DNA of 59,598 nt, taken from contig JBEPZZ010000007.1 in assembly GCA_041640575.1 (NCBI GenBank), positions 1-59,598 on the forward strand. Reading direction: 5' to 3'. Positions 47,511 to 57,587 of the stretch are shown here, in pieces. The notes under the pieces were generated by a model. That model ran no database searches. It saw only the letters and a list, made by a program, of their open reading frames with translations, and was not told the DNA's origin. Each line of letters starts with the position of its first letter. The stretch's first letter is position 1. Source of the DNA: Pseudothermotoga sp. (lineage in GTDB: Bacteria; Thermotogota; Thermotogae; Thermotogales; DSM-5069). The translations under genes and the position numbers were made by a program.

Positions 47511-48876
47511 AAAATTTTTCTTTTGTGGTGTTTCAAATCTTAGACAGTTTGAAGAAATCTTGAATCTCGAACCAGGTGGGATTTTGCTTTATCCAGACAT
47601 TTTCCAAGATCAATCTGTATTTCTCGAAGTTATCAGTCATCTCAAAAACTCAAAACTTTTACTTTCAACAGACCATGAAGGCGGACAGCTTGAGGTTATC
47701 CCGTTTATACCTCAATCGCCAGGTAATCTTCTTTTTGGTAAAGTTCAACCCATCCTGGTGGAAAGATACTGCAACATGGCTGGAAAATTTATGAAGACTC
47801 TCGGTATGAACATGGTTTTCGCACCTGTTTTAGACTTGAAGTTTGAGTTTACAAACCAAGTAATTGGTTATCGAAGCTTTGGGGACGATCCAAATGTTGT
47901 GGCACAAATGGCTGTGGCTGCAATCAAAGGATATCGAAGCGCTGGTATCTCTTCTTGTGCTAAGCATTTTCCGGGCCACGGTAGAACTCATCAAGATAGT
48001 CACGAAGAATTCACCTTTTGTGACGCCAGCGTCGATGAACTTCAAAAAGATCTTTATCCATTTAAAGTTGCCATCCAGTCCAATGTTGAATCAATTATGA
48101 TGGCACATGTCGTTTATCCCTCAATTGATAACAAGCCAGCTTCAATTTCAGCAAAATTCATCGAAGAAATACTTCGGCAGGAGATGAACTACCAAGGAAT
48201 TGTCATCAGCGATGCTGTCGAAATGAATTCACTGGCTAAATTCTATTCCCCAGAGGAAATTGTGAACAGCTTTTTCAACAGTAGCGGCGATATGATCATT
48301 ATCTCAGATCCATCAAACTTGAAAATTTATTCACAAATCTTTTCTGAACAGGTTAATGCAGGGAAAATTCACAGATCTAAGCTGAAGAAAAGTTTAGAAA
48401 GAATCGAGGCGCTGAGTGGGAGAATCGAAACCGACTTAAGTCTGATCTTTGAGGCTATCGAGATGTCCACAGTTTTTAACGTTGAAGTTCCGAAAGATAA
48501 ATCTTTTGTACTCTTAGTTCCGGATTCGTCACAGTGGAGCAAAGCCGATGTTTCATACAAATACATTGAAACTATAAAAAGTCAAGCCTCAACATTTTTA
48601 GGGGCCAAGATTATGCCTTTTGGCCAGCATAAGAGCATTCAAAGTGGACAAATTGTACTGGATTTGATTCTGGATCTTTCCGAAGAGGAAATTCAAGTCC
48701 ATAGAGAACTTTCAAAGAATTTGAAAGTTATTTACCTAATCACGAGAAACCCATTTCTGAAAAAGTACTTTGAAGACAAAGATCATGTCATAACGTATTC
48801 TTTATCACCAGTGGTGATGGGATACGTCTTCAGAAGGTTGGCAAAACTCTCTAAAGGAGGTGTTAAACGATGTTGA
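47497..48876 (+). CDS. GH3 beta-N-acetylhexosaminidase (NagZ/CbsA-like)
   Basis: DHEGG, APVLD, RSFG, KHFPGHG...DSH, SDAVEM. Confidence 0.92.
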   Translation: MLKSEKFFFCGVSNLRQFEEILNLEPGGILLYPDIFQDQSVFLEVISHLKNSKLLLSTDHEGGQLEVIPFIPQSPGNLLFGKVQPILVERYCNMAGKFMKTLGMNMVFAPVLDLKFEFTNQVIGYRSFGDDPNVVAQMAVAAIKGYRSAGISSCAKHFPGHGRTHQDSHEEFTFCDASVDELQKDLYPFKVAIQSNVESIMMAHVVYPSIDNKPASISAKFIEEILRQEMNYQGIVISDAVEMNSLAKFYSPEEIVNSFFNSSGDMIIISDPSNLKIYSQIFSEQVNAGKIHRSKLKKSLERIEALSGRIETDLSLIFEAIEMSTVFNVEVPKDKSFVLLVPDSSQWSKADVSYKYIETIKSQASTFLGAKIMPFGQHKSIQSGQIVLDLILDLSEEEIQVHRELSKNLKVIYLITRNPFLKKYFEDKDHVITYSLSPVVMGYVFRRLAKLSKGGVKRC

Positions 48877-50084
48877 GGAAACTTGTGGTTTGGTTGCTAG
48901 TTGTGGCTGTGGCCCTGACATTTGCGAAAACAAAAATCACCTTTTGGCAATTCATGATGGATGATGCTCTTGCAAAACAAGTCCTAGCTGGTTTTTCGAA
49001 GGAATTTCCTGACATTGAAGTTGAGGTTGTGCAACTATCCTGGTCTACTGGCTTCGATAAAATTGTGACTGCAATTGCTGCAAATGCTGCGCCAGACGTT
49101 GTAGAACTTGGTAACACTTGGGTTGCCAGTTTTGCTGCTCAAGGAGTTCTCAGAGAAATTCATCACGAAGATCTAGCAAAGTACGTAAATTTCCCCGGAA
49201 TGAAGAGTGCCGAGTATTTTGGCAAATACTATGGCTACCCGTGGCTTCTTGGTACAAGAGCCATGTTCTATAACGTAGATCTAATGGTCAAAGCCGGTTT
49301 GGATCCCGATCGACCACCACAAACATGGTCTGAATTGTTGGAAGCAGTTAAAAAAATATCAGGTTTGCCTGGAGTCTATGGCATAGGTCTACCAGCTGGT
49401 GAAGTTTACAGCCCATGGCAAGAGTGGTTCTTGCTAGCTATATGGGGAAACGGTGGAGATGTTTTGTCAAAAGATTTCAAGAAAGCAGTTTTGAACTCGC
49501 CGCAGAACAAAGAAACTGCTAGGTTCTATCAAGAATTGTCCAAATACGCATTGAAGAGTAAACAGCTGGATCTTGGCAATGCATTTGGTGAAGGAAGAAT
49601 CGGTTTTCTTGTGAGCGGAGCATGGTCAATCGGAACATTGGCTCAGTCTTATCCAAATTTAAACTACGGAGTATGCCTCATCCCTAGACCTGATAAACCA
49701 ACAGGGATTCACGCGTCATTTCTTGGAGGAGAAATACTAGTAATCCCAACACAAACAAAGAATGTTGATGCAGCAAGAAAATTGATAAACTACCTTATGA
49801 AACCCGAGGTAGCAATGATCATAACCAAGCATTATCCTGGTGTTTATCCAGCCGATCCAAGAGCTTCTAGCGATCCTTGGTTTGAGGACAACCCATTACA
49901 TCTTGTTTTCTTTGAGCAACTAAAAACGGCTTTTCCTGTACCATCAACCCCAGCCTGGCCTAAGATTGAGGATGTGCTGACCAACCTTGTTGATGACCTA
50001 ATTGTAAGGTACAAGGATGTGGATGAAGTTTTGAAATATTACAACGATTTGATCCAAAGAATCTTAGACGAAACTTCAAAGTGA
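48870..50084 (+). CDS. Sugar ABC transporter substrate-binding protein
   Basis: Signal peptide, ITFW, APDVVELG, MFYN.DL, P.TW.EL, LGGE. Confidence 0.92.
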   Translation: MLRKLVVWLLVVAVALTFAKTKITFWQFMMDDALAKQVLAGFSKEFPDIEVEVVQLSWSTGFDKIVTAIAANAAPDVVELGNTWVASFAAQGVLREIHHEDLAKYVNFPGMKSAEYFGKYYGYPWLLGTRAMFYNVDLMVKAGLDPDRPPQTWSELLEAVKKISGLPGVYGIGLPAGEVYSPWQEWFLLAIWGNGGDVLSKDFKKAVLNSPQNKETARFYQELSKYALKSKQLDLGNAFGEGRIGFLVSGAWSIGTLAQSYPNLNYGVCLIPRPDKPTGIHASFLGGEILVIPTQTKNVDAARKLINYLMKPEVAMIITKHYPGVYPADPRASSDPWFEDNPLHLVFFEQLKTAFPVPSTPAWPKIEDVLTNLVDDLIVRYKDVDEVLKYYNDLIQRILDETSK

Positions 50085-50089
50085 AAAAT

Positions 50090-50111
50090 TGGGGGACAGG
50101 AATGTCCCCCA
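50090..50111 (+). other. Intercistronic hairpin after the binding-protein gene
   Basis: TGGGGGACA-GGAA-TGTCCCCCA (GNRA loop); no U-tract. Confidence 0.65.
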
Positions 50112-50129
50112 TTGTGCAGGAGAGCAAAA

Positions 50130-50999
50130 ATGAAAAAGAAAGAAAAGTTGACGATTGTTTTGTTCCTTCTCCCATGGATTATAAGTTTTGCCGTTTTCAC
50201 GGCTTATCCAATAGTTTTCTCAATCTTTGTCAGTTTCACAAATTATTCAGCTATAAGTTCTAGTACAGATTTCGTCGGCTTATCAAATTATACAAGAGCA
50301 TTTAAGGATTCCGTCTTTCTCAAAGCACTTACGAATACCTTTAAATTTGTTTCGATAACAGTTCCTGTAACCACAATTCTTTCGCTGATGCTCGCAATTT
50401 TGCTAACAACCGGTATAAGATTTAAGAGAGCCTTTCAAGCAGGTCTCTTTCTTCCATCTGTAGTATCAATGGTTGTTATTTCAATGATCTGGCTTTACAT
50501 ATACAGTGCAACGGGCCCTTTGAATCTGTTCCTCAGATTCCTTGGTTTTAATGTTCCGATAAGTAGTTGGCTTGCTTCTGCCAAAACTGCTCTCGGTTCG
50601 ATAATGGTGATGGACATTTGGTCGGCATTGGGTTACTATACGGTATTATTTGTAGCTGGCTTACAAAGTATACCTGTTCAACTTTATGAAGCAGCCAAAA
50701 TCGACGGAGCAACCAAATGGCAGTCTGTTGTGAAGATTACTTTACCACTTTTAAAGCCAACAATTCTGTTTGTGGTGGCAATAAACTCAATTAGATCATT
50801 TCAAATATTCACTGAGATATTCACTCTGACAGGTGGTGGACCGGCAAATTCGACACAAACAATTGTTTACTATCTTTACGATCTTTCGTTCAGAAAGTTT
50901 GAGATGGGCTACGGTTCCGCTATTGCCTACATATTATTCTTGATAATCATGAGCGTCACGTTCATGCAGAGAAAACTTCTTAAGGGTGAACAGTTATGA
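50130..50999 (+). CDS. Carbohydrate ABC permease (MalF-like)
   Basis: FVGLSNY, LYEAAKIDGA (EAA loop), GGGPANST. Confidence 0.93.
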   Translation: MKKKEKLTIVLFLLPWIISFAVFTAYPIVFSIFVSFTNYSAISSSTDFVGLSNYTRAFKDSVFLKALTNTFKFVSITVPVTTILSLMLAILLTTGIRFKRAFQAGLFLPSVVSMVVISMIWLYIYSATGPLNLFLRFLGFNVPISSWLASAKTALGSIMVMDIWSALGYYTVLFVAGLQSIPVQLYEAAKIDGATKWQSVVKITLPLLKPTILFVVAINSIRSFQIFTEIFTLTGGGPANSTQTIVYYLYDLSFRKFEMGYGSAIAYILFLIIMSVTFMQRKLLKGEQL

Positions 51000-52210
51000 A
51001 GATAATAATTTATGCTGTTTTACTACTCTTTCTTGTTTTGTCACTGCTACCAACTGTTTTGATGTTTTTTACCTCTTTTGTCCCTGAGGGGGATCTCTTC
51101 AACAAAACGCTACAAAAGGTGATCACAGATTTTGAGGCTCCGAGAACGGTGCTCATGACGAGGGTAAGACCAATAAATGCATCCATTGAGTTCTTAAAGG
51201 AGGAGGATAACACCTTTGCAAGATTGCAGTTAAGACAAAATCCTTCAGGGCTTGCTTTTTCTCTGGGTTCTTCAGACATAAACAGGGTGAAAGGTATATC
51301 TTTCATGATGAGATCGACTTCACCTGTTGTTGTGAAAGTCGGTTTCAAGGATATAAAGGAACAAATTGAATACATAAAGGAAAAACTAGTAACTTTCAGT
51401 GGAGAGTGGAAACAAATTTCTCTGGAAATAGACAAAAATAAGTTGTCAATAGACAGCTTACATGTTTCTCAACTACGGATAGAAGTCTCCTCTGAGAGTT
51501 TTGTAGACATTGATGACGTGAAATTTATCAACAAATTTCCGACATTTTATAACTTCTTCAAAGTTCTTCGTGAAGATTACTTTGGCCGGTATCTTTTGAA
51601 CAGCTTGATCGTTTCGTCAGCTTCTGTGATTGGAAATCTCTATTTTTGCAGCCTGGTGGCTTACGTTTTTGCAAGGAAAAGCTTTAGACTCAAGGAATTT
51701 CTTTTCTCCATAGTACTTGGTACTATGATGATACCACCACAAGTTACTATAATACCCACCTTTGTTTTGATGAAAAAAATGGGGCTTCTGGATACTTATT
51801 TTGCATTAATTCTCCCAAATTTGGTGACACCTTTTGGTATATTTTTGATGAGGCAATACATTGAACAACTTCCAGTTGAGCTTGATCATGCAGCTTTGGT
51901 TGACGGTGCGAACAGTTTTCAGATCTTTTGGTATGTAATACTTCCACTCAGCAGACCAGCTTTGTCAGTTTTGGCTATAAACACTTTCGTCCTGACATGG
52001 AATGATGTGTTTTATCCGTTGATACTCACCACTTCTAGGCAAATGAGAACAGTACAAATAGGGCTGGCTTTATATCAAAAATTGAATGTTTTCACTTGGC
52101 CAACACTTATGGCCGCGTCCACTATTGCAGGTTTGCCAATTATCATAGCTTTCCTGATCTTTGAGAAAAGAATTATTGCAGGTATACTGGAAGGAGCTGT
52201 CAAGGGTTAA
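50996..52210 (+). CDS. Carbohydrate ABC permease (MalG-like) with a large extracytoplasmic insertion
   Basis: LNSL, MMIPPQV, ELDHAALVDGA, WND; about 150 aa soluble insert after TM1. Confidence 0.9.
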   Translation: MKIIIYAVLLLFLVLSLLPTVLMFFTSFVPEGDLFNKTLQKVITDFEAPRTVLMTRVRPINASIEFLKEEDNTFARLQLRQNPSGLAFSLGSSDINRVKGISFMMRSTSPVVVKVGFKDIKEQIEYIKEKLVTFSGEWKQISLEIDKNKLSIDSLHVSQLRIEVSSESFVDIDDVKFINKFPTFYNFFKVLREDYFGRYLLNSLIVSSASVIGNLYFCSLVAYVFARKSFRLKEFLFSIVLGTMMIPPQVTIIPTFVLMKKMGLLDTYFALILPNLVTPFGIFLMRQYIEQLPVELDHAALVDGANSFQIFWYVILPLSRPALSVLAINTFVLTWNDVFYPLILTTSRQMRTVQIGLALYQKLNVFTWPTLMAASTIAGLPIIIAFLIFEKRIIAGILEGAVKG

Positions 52211-52246
52211 ACAAGGATTATTCAATGTAAGGTTGTTTAAATATTT

Positions 52247-52268
52247 AAGCCCCGATGGGGGCTTTTTT
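52247..52268. terminator. Intrinsic terminator
   Basis: AAGCCCC-GATG-GGGGCTT-TTTT between convergent operons. Confidence 0.8.
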
Positions 52269-54178
52269 CAAACCTCCGCAGAGTAAAATTTTCGGTTTTT
52301 GTATTCTGACCTTCTTTGCTTGTTAAAAGAACTAACTGGTACCAGATAACCAACTATCCTTGAGAATTCATCAACTTTCCTACCGCCGCAGTTTGGGCAC
52401 CTATCTCCATAAAAAGCGTGATTCTTTGCACAGACACTTATTTTCGTATTGAAAGCGAAATAAATAGCACCTAACTTGGCAATCAAATTTAAAAGACCCC
52501 AGGACTGTTCCTCACTTTTGAATGGTGTGTCAATATTTACATGTAAAATGGCTCCACCAGACACTTTTCGATCAAACTTGCCTGAATACTTTATTCGATT
52601 TAGCATGTCTGTTTCTGCAACAAGCGGGAGCCATTGATTTGAGTAAACTTTGTATTCGGTTCCATACAACAATCTATCCTTCTCAGCTAGTACCACTGCA
52701 GCTTTCTCTGCAGGGACTTGTTCAACGTTAAAGCTGAATCCAAAAGTTTTTCTTGCTTTTTTGTTCATGTCAAGTATTAGATCCAGTACTTCTTCAGCAA
52801 ACATTTCACCCTCCCTTGAGTACTTAACACCATCTGGACCATGTTCGACTAGACCGAGTATTTCGAGAGCTTCGTAAAATCCATTCAGACCAATTGTTCC
52901 ATATTGTCTTGAAAGATCCATCAAACCCAGGCTGTAAAGCGGCAAGACTCCTTGGTTGATTCTGTCAATTATAAGACTTCTAATAGCTGTCAAAACTTTT
53001 TGCACTAACAGGATCTTTTCTGCTAGTGTTTCTTTGAATTTGTTTTTAGACTTACTTTCAAGTGATATGCGTGGGAGATTTATGGTCACTACTTTGAAGG
53101 AACCAATGTTTAGGTCGCTTCCTCCTATTGAGTTGGTCATACCTTGTAATTCTGTTGAAGTTTCAAAAGCAGAGAACTTAAGGTACTGTGTTGAACTTGT
53201 GAGTCTGCAACATGAAGCAACTGCGTCTATGTTTCCATTAACATAGAAATTTGTGTCCTGCCATTTGAGGTTAACGCGATTTATAAATCTTGCGCTATCT
53301 TCATCAACAAATTTTCCATTTTGATATAGTAAAGCTGCTGTAAGAACAGGAAAGGTAAACATTTGCCTTTCCTTTTCTTTTGATATCCACTGCCAGTATT
53401 TCTTTTGAAGATCTATGATAATTTCCACGTGATCGATTATTTTTTCACCATTTGGGTAGAGCTCGTTCGCAAAAATAGTCTTAATATAGTTTCTATCTAA
53501 GTAGGTAAAGTTGGTATAAGGCGATTGAGTTCCTCTTATTGGTTGATTTATGGAATATGTAAATATTTGAAAATGCTGTTGCAAGTATTCCTCTTTTCGT
53601 TCTGCTGGGATAATCTTCTCATCAAGATCTTTTTTGTAAAAGTAAGCCAACCAAACGAAGAAATCTGGAAGCCCTACAGCCCCAGATTGCTGATTTGAGG
53701 CGAACATCACAAATTGAATGACGTGTTGGATGAAGGAAGATAAGTGCTTTGCTGGAGTAGATTTTATTGTATCTATAAAAAATAAACCTTTTTCAACAAT
53801 AGGTCTTAGTGTGTAAGCATAGCAGTAAGGTGCAAAAGCAGCGTGATGTGCATCGTGAACGTAAATGTCACCATAGAACTGATAGCGCAGGAACCTTTTT
53901 GCATCGCTCATGCCAAAGAGTTCTTTCATTCTTTCGTAAATAGCATGCAAGGAATAAAGTTTGGTAAACGGTTTTGCTACTTCATTGAAGTATGTGTAGA
54001 TGTTTGTACTTCTAACATTTGCGTTTGCATCAATGGTTGTTTCAATTATTCCTTGATCAAAGAACCTTTGTGTGAATTCTGTTGGATCGAGTTGCCAAGA
54101 AAGACCTTCAACTTCTCTAAAAGCTAGTGGCGTTTTCTCAAGTTCTTCGATAAAGTCATCGGAAAGTTTCCAACGCAT
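52268..54178 (-). CDS. nrdD: Class III anaerobic ribonucleotide reductase
   Basis: IYVHD, QSGA, FTFP, SCCRL, INLPR, EQVPAE, CxxH...CPNCG, glycyl-radical RIVGY. Confidence 0.94.
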   Translation of the reverse strand: MRWKLSDDFIEELEKTPLAFREVEGLSWQLDPTEFTQRFFDQGIIETTIDANANVRSTNIYTYFNEVAKPFTKLYSLHAIYERMKELFGMSDAKRFLRYQFYGDIYVHDAHHAAFAPYCYAYTLRPIVEKGLFFIDTIKSTPAKHLSSFIQHVIQFVMFASNQQSGAVGLPDFFVWLAYFYKKDLDEKIIPAERKEEYLQQHFQIFTYSINQPIRGTQSPYTNFTYLDRNYIKTIFANELYPNGEKIIDHVEIIIDLQKKYWQWISKEKERQMFTFPVLTAALLYQNGKFVDEDSARFINRVNLKWQDTNFYVNGNIDAVASCCRLTSSTQYLKFSAFETSTELQGMTNSIGGSDLNIGSFKVVTINLPRISLESKSKNKFKETLAEKILLVQKVLTAIRSLIIDRINQGVLPLYSLGLMDLSRQYGTIGLNGFYEALEILGLVEHGPDGVKYSREGEMFAEEVLDLILDMNKKARKTFGFSFNVEQVPAEKAAVVLAEKDRLLYGTEYKVYSNQWLPLVAETDMLNRIKYSGKFDRKVSGGAILHVNIDTPFKSEEQSWGLLNLIAKLGAIYFAFNTKISVCAKNHAFYGDRCPNCGGRKVDEFSRIVGYLVPVSSFNKQRRSEYKNRKFYSAEV

Positions 54179-54695
54179 AACAATCCCTCCTGTCAGCCTT
54201 TAGAAAGTCGTCGGGTTGTCTTCTTTTGATATAAAGTTGATTTGAAGATGCGGGAAAACCGCGGGTTTTAAGTTTTATCTCGAACTTTCCAAGAACAAAT
54301 TCATCGATGTATTCAACGTATTTCTCAAGATCCTGCAAATCCTTTGGTTCCCTCCAGCTATATAAAACATTTACAATCCGATCTGCGTATTTTTGTTTCA
54401 TTTCCCAAGAAAGTAGCCTCACGCATTCTCTGTTTCTTGAGCTCAACGGTTCTCCACCTAAGAAGCAGATGGCAATTGTTTCGTATTCTAAAAGCAACAG
54501 ATCAGTCTTTTGAATGACAAGAGAAGATATTTCATCGTATTCTACAGCGAATGATTCATCAAAATCCCAGGTATCCTGATTATGACACCCCGTACATTTT
54601 GGAAAAGCATCACAACCCTGAAAATAAATACTGACTGAAGGATAAATCGGGTGATCTTCGAAAAAAAATCTAATGGCTTTCACAAGAAACTTCAC
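54156..54695 (-). CDS. nrdG: Radical-SAM activase of class III RNR
   Basis: YFQGC...CTGCHN, LGGEP, G.F, SSNQ. Confidence 0.9.
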   Translation of the reverse strand: MKFLVKAIRFFFEDHPIYPSVSIYFQGCDAFPKCTGCHNQDTWDFDESFAVEYDEISSLVIQKTDLLLLEYETIAICFLGGEPLSSRNRECVRLLSWEMKQKYADRIVNVLYSWREPKDLQDLEKYVEYIDEFVLGKFEIKLKTRGFPASSNQLYIKRRQPDDFLKADRRDCYALETFR

Positions 54696-54729
54696 GAAAA
54701 TTACCCCCTACAGATTTCAACATCGATAT

Positions 54730-54775
54730 CATCAATATATAGTAGTTATATACAGTATGCTACTACATATTGTAT
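54730..54775. promoter_or_regulatory. Tandem NrdR boxes
   Basis: catCAATATATAGtag (54730-54745) and ctaCTACATATTGtat (54760-54775) match acaCwAtATaTwGtgt; 30 bp apart, upstream of nrdG. Confidence 0.8.
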
Positions 54776-54990
54776 CATGTCCTGACGTTTTAATCAAGGG
54801 GACGAATCGACCAGTTTGAACATTTATGTCTATTGTTTATATTTCCTTCTTGAAAGCTTTCTATTAGATAAATCGCTTCAGGTGCGAGAAGCAAGTTGAG
54901 ATTTTCAGGACTAACAGGGTGACCTAAGAAAGAATTTGAAACTCAGAGGCAGGCCAACCGAAACTTATTAGCGGTTATGTTGACTAGTTC

Positions 54991-55740
54991 TTACTCGAGA
55001 TTCCTGTTTCCTTCTAGCAAGTCATATACTGCTTGAAGATTTTTCACAGCACATACTTTTGCATTCATTATACTAGCGAATCTTTCTACTATTTTTTGTG
55101 CAATCTCGGTTATGGATAATCCTTTGCAAACCGAACTAAGGTTACAAACTTTGCTTCTCACACTTTTGACATATTTTTGTGCCTGATCAGGATATTTTTC
55201 TTCCCATAAGATGATCCTGTGTAGTTCTTCAAGATCTGCATCAACAAGCAAGCTTGCGTGGTAGAAAAAGTTATTTTTTGAGACTGCTACTGCTGAACCG
55301 AGGATCTTTCTGTCTCCGATAAACAATGCTCCTCTTTCAGTTGCAAAGACTCTAATTGACCCCATTTCGCTTAGCACAGAACCTATGAGCGAAGTTATTT
55401 CTCTTACCTCTTCGAACACGTATCGAGAAAATAAGTTAATCCGTACAGACTTGCAAAAGCTTATGTTAAGCACACCCGGGTCGTGGTAAACAGTACCTCC
55501 TCCCGTGAACCTTCTGATAACTGGAACATTACGTGCTCTTATGTAATTCAAATTTAGCTCAAATTCTTCGTTCTGGAACTTACCGATAACTGCTGATTGT
55601 TCGCTAATCCAAAACCTAATTAGTGCAACAGTTGAACCAAGTGGAAGATCAAAGATCTGGCGCTCAGTATTCATATTCAATATAGGATCTTGTGCCCTTT
55701 CTATTTGATATAGAACAAACAATTTGTTAATCTTTCTCAC
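54991..55740 (-). CDS. lplA: Lipoate-protein ligase family (catalytic domain only)
   Basis: VIGKFQN, RRFTGGGTVYHD, RKILGSA, HASLL, KSVRS.V.NL. Confidence 0.85.
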   Translation of the reverse strand: MRKINKLFVLYQIERAQDPILNMNTERQIFDLPLGSTVALIRFWISEQSAVIGKFQNEEFELNLNYIRARNVPVIRRFTGGGTVYHDPGVLNISFCKSVRINLFSRYVFEEVREITSLIGSVLSEMGSIRVFATERGALFIGDRKILGSAVAVSKNNFFYHASLLVDADLEELHRIILWEEKYPDQAQKYVKSVRSKVCNLSSVCKGLSITEIAQKIVERFASIMNAKVCAVKNLQAVYDLLEGNRNLE

Positions 55741-55753
55741 AACCTTGCAGTAC

Positions 55754-57046
55754 TTAAGGTATGTAAAGTCCAGCCATCACTGGAAGGATCAGCGACAACT
55801 TCGGTAACAATGTAACTAGCAAAAGTCCAAGAATGGCAAAACCTACAAAAGGCCAAACTTCTTTTGAAACGGCGTCTATTGGTCTCTTGATCAAATTTGA
55901 TGTTACGTATAAATTTACGGCAACAGGAGGTGTAATCTGCCCAATTGCAGCAGCTATAGTTACGATGACACCGAAAAACAAAGGATCGATTCCAAAGGTT
56001 TTGAGTACCGGTAAAAATATGGGCATAATTACATATAGCATTGAAATGGCATCGAGAAAGAAACCAGAAATCAAGAAAACTATGTTTGCAAGTAGCAAGA
56101 ACATCAATGGACTTTTTGAAACAGCAATAACACCTTGAGCAGCAGCATCAATGATTCCAAGTCTTGCCTCAGCGATGGAGAAAAGTCCAGCAAAGGTAAC
56201 GACGAACATGACCACTGACGAGGTTATAGCTGCTTCAATCAAAGACTCAACTATTGATCTAAAACTGAGAGATCTATAGACAAATAGTCCAACAACTAAA
56301 GCATAGAATGTGCCTATAACAGCAGCCTCTGTTGGTGTTGCAATACCAAGGTAAATGGAACCAAGGATTATCACAGGCGCCAAGAGAGCCCAGATTGCTT
56401 TTTTGGCAGATAACAAAATTTCTTTCGCTGATCCTCTTTCCTGTAATCCTTTGTATCCTCTTTTTCTACATACAGTGTATGTAACCAATGCTAAAGAGAG
56501 CGCAACAATTAAACCAGGAATAATTCCACCAAGGAATAGAGCTCCTACGGAAACACCTGTTATATTACCATAAACTATAAAGGCAATACTTGGAGGTATT
56601 ATAATCGACAAACCGCTTGCTGCGGCAATACAAGCAGCTCCAAAGGTATCAGAATAACCCTGCTGAATAAGAACAGGTAGAAATACCATTCCTATCGCTG
56701 AAGCTGTTGCTGGACCAGAACCAGAAACTGCGCCCCAGAATGTTGCTGTAACTACAGCCGCAATTGCAAGACCTCCCACAGCCTTTCCAGACAGAACAAG
56801 AAAAAAGTCGGAAATTCTTTTTGCCAAACCGCTTTTAGAAAGGAGAGCTCCGGCGAGAGTAAAAAACGGGATCGCGACTAGCGGGAATTTGGCTATCCCT
56901 GCCGTGAAATTTCTCGATATCATAGCGGGCCCAAGCTGATAGTACATGATCCCAACAATGCCACTAAAACCTATAGCAGAACCAATTGGTACACCAAGGG
57001 TAAGCAAAACCAGAAAGATACCAAAAAGTAAAATACCTGCACTCAT
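55754..57046 (-). CDS. dctM: TRAP large permease
   Basis: AIPFF.LAG, SGSGPA, IIPPSI, TPTEAA, ITPPV; ATG 57046 overlaps the dctQ stop. Confidence 0.93.
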   Translation of the reverse strand: MSAGILLFGIFLVLLTLGVPIGSAIGFSGIVGIMYYQLGPAMISRNFTAGIAKFPLVAIPFFTLAGALLSKSGLAKRISDFFLVLSGKAVGGLAIAAVVTATFWGAVSGSGPATASAIGMVFLPVLIQQGYSDTFGAACIAAASGLSIIIPPSIAFIVYGNITGVSVGALFLGGIIPGLIVALSLALVTYTVCRKRGYKGLQERGSAKEILLSAKKAIWALLAPVIILGSIYLGIATPTEAAVIGTFYALVVGLFVYRSLSFRSIVESLIEAAITSSVVMFVVTFAGLFSIAEARLGIIDAAAQGVIAVSKSPLMFLLLANIVFLISGFFLDAISMLYVIMPIFLPVLKTFGIDPLFFGVIVTIAAAIGQITPPVAVNLYVTSNLIKRPIDAVSKEVWPFVGFAILGLLLVTLLPKLSLILPVMAGLYIP

Positions 57047-57522
57047 TTCTTGGTCTCCCCTTTCGGCATCTGCTTTAGATTTGTGATCAGTATAAAAACA
57101 ATTTCCTTGAACACGAAACCTGTTAGGGCTAAGGTTATCGAACTGTAGATCCATACTGGTATGTTTAAAGCTTCAGTCCTTGTATGAAATATAAACATAT
57201 CTCTCTGGATTTCCTTAATCAAGTAGTAATCTACGATCACAAAAACACTTGTAGTTATTCCCATTGAAAAAAAGAAGAGAACTTTTTGAAGATTCCTTGG
57301 GACTCTGCTGATCAAGAAAGTCATGCTCAAGTGTGACCCACGTCTTAGTGCAGCAGCTATACCGATAACCGTTAACCAAACAAAGGCATTTACAACTATT
57401 TCCTCTGTCGCAGCTATTGAAAGCTTCAGGAAATATCTGCTCATGACATTGATAAAAGCTATGATAGCCATACCACCTAGTATAACTGCGGCAATAATTT
57501 CTTCGAGGGTTAACTTTTTCAT
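57043..57522 (-). CDS. dctQ: TRAP small permease
   Basis: Four TM segments, NV.SRY, TEE, RRGSHL, IPVW. Confidence 0.9.
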   Translation of the reverse strand: MKKLTLEEIIAAVILGGMAIIAFINVMSRYFLKLSIAATEEIVVNAFVWLTVIGIAAALRRGSHLSMTFLISRVPRNLQKVLFFFSMGITTSVFVIVDYYLIKEIQRDMFIFHTRTEALNIPVWIYSSITLALTGFVFKEIVFILITNLKQMPKGETKK

Positions 57523-57545
57523 TTTTCTTCCTCCTTGAGTTAACT

Positions 57546-57587
57546 AAGTAGGGTGTGGCATTCACACTCGCGGCCCACACCCTACTT
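57546..57587. other. Intercistronic hairpin between dctP and dctQ
   Basis: AAGTAGGGTGTGG / CCACACCCTACTT 13-bp stem. Confidence 0.65.

Noticed and set aside
54930..54990. GTTGACTAG/GTCAAC stretch reminiscent of IS200/605 ends or omega-RNA
   Set aside because: The match is only a few bases, pairing is weak, and there is no tnpA/tnpB/iscB nearby.
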